IMG/VR virus record: IMGVR_UViG_2690316345_000006
Location: 1-5,320 of that record
DNA from: a virus
Taxonomy: Duplodnaviria; Heunggongvirae; Uroviricota; Caudoviricetes
Direction: 5' to 3' (one strand)
Length of the DNA: 5,320 bases
Shown here: piece after piece, positions 5,237 to 5,320 of the stretch
Position numbering within the stretch: the stretch's first letter is position 1
Layout of the letters: each line of letters opens with the position of its first letter
Translations under genes and position numbers: made by a program
The notes under the pieces: generated by a model
The model's input: the letters and a program-made list of their open reading frames with translations, nothing else
The model's database searches: none
What the model was told of the DNA's origin: nothing

Positions 5237-5320
5237 ATGGGTAAAAAATGCCCGAATGGGTTCGGGCAATAGCATGAGATACTGATATTGTTGTGTTGTT
5301 ATCGTGTGGATTTTAACCAG

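Noticed and set aside
5183-5269. 28-codon ORF MQEKECACKHAPLRRGFFMGKKCPNGFGQ
   Set aside because: The reading frame passes through a strong intrinsic terminator hairpin and T-run, so the region is more likely a structured RNA.
4694-5275. Minus-strand 193-aa ORF, plus the 4717-4911 minus and 4751-5038 plus ORFs
   Set aside because: They overlap the TerB-like gene and the coupled membrane peptide in other frames, are Pro/Arg/His-rich, and the long one runs through the terminator at 5213-5236.
1-5320. CRISPR arrays or an integrase/att site
   Set aside because: No spaced direct repeats and no integrase-like ORF were seen; the only mobile-element signature is the IS1 end.

Overview
This window reads as the nin-to-Q late-regulatory segment of a lambdoid prophage in an E. 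coli-like host, bounded on the left by an IS1 end. Left to right: IS1 terminus (1-126, minus strand) with partial insA; a start-less 42-codon frame running from the IS1 junction; a small ORF apparently frameshifted at an A6 tract; a 277-aa protein I cannot place; a 34-aa hydrophobic peptide; a complete hok/mok/sok type I toxin-antitoxin locus (Hok nearly identical to HokD/RelF as recalled); a small acidic 57-aa ORF; a translationally coupled DUF1367-like, DUF1364 (YbcO-like) and Q-like antiterminator trio; a terminator and promoter; tRNA-Ile2(CAU) and tRNA-Arg(UCU); a TerB-family protein coupled to a 55-aa two-helix membrane peptide; and a structured non-coding tail. The best candidates for something undescribed are the TerB-plus-membrane-peptide pair sitting in the slot where Stx phages carry stx, and the unassigned 277-aa protein; both are unverified. 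All family assignments are from memory and reading, not from searches, and all minus-strand ORFs in the supplied track look like antisense artefacts.
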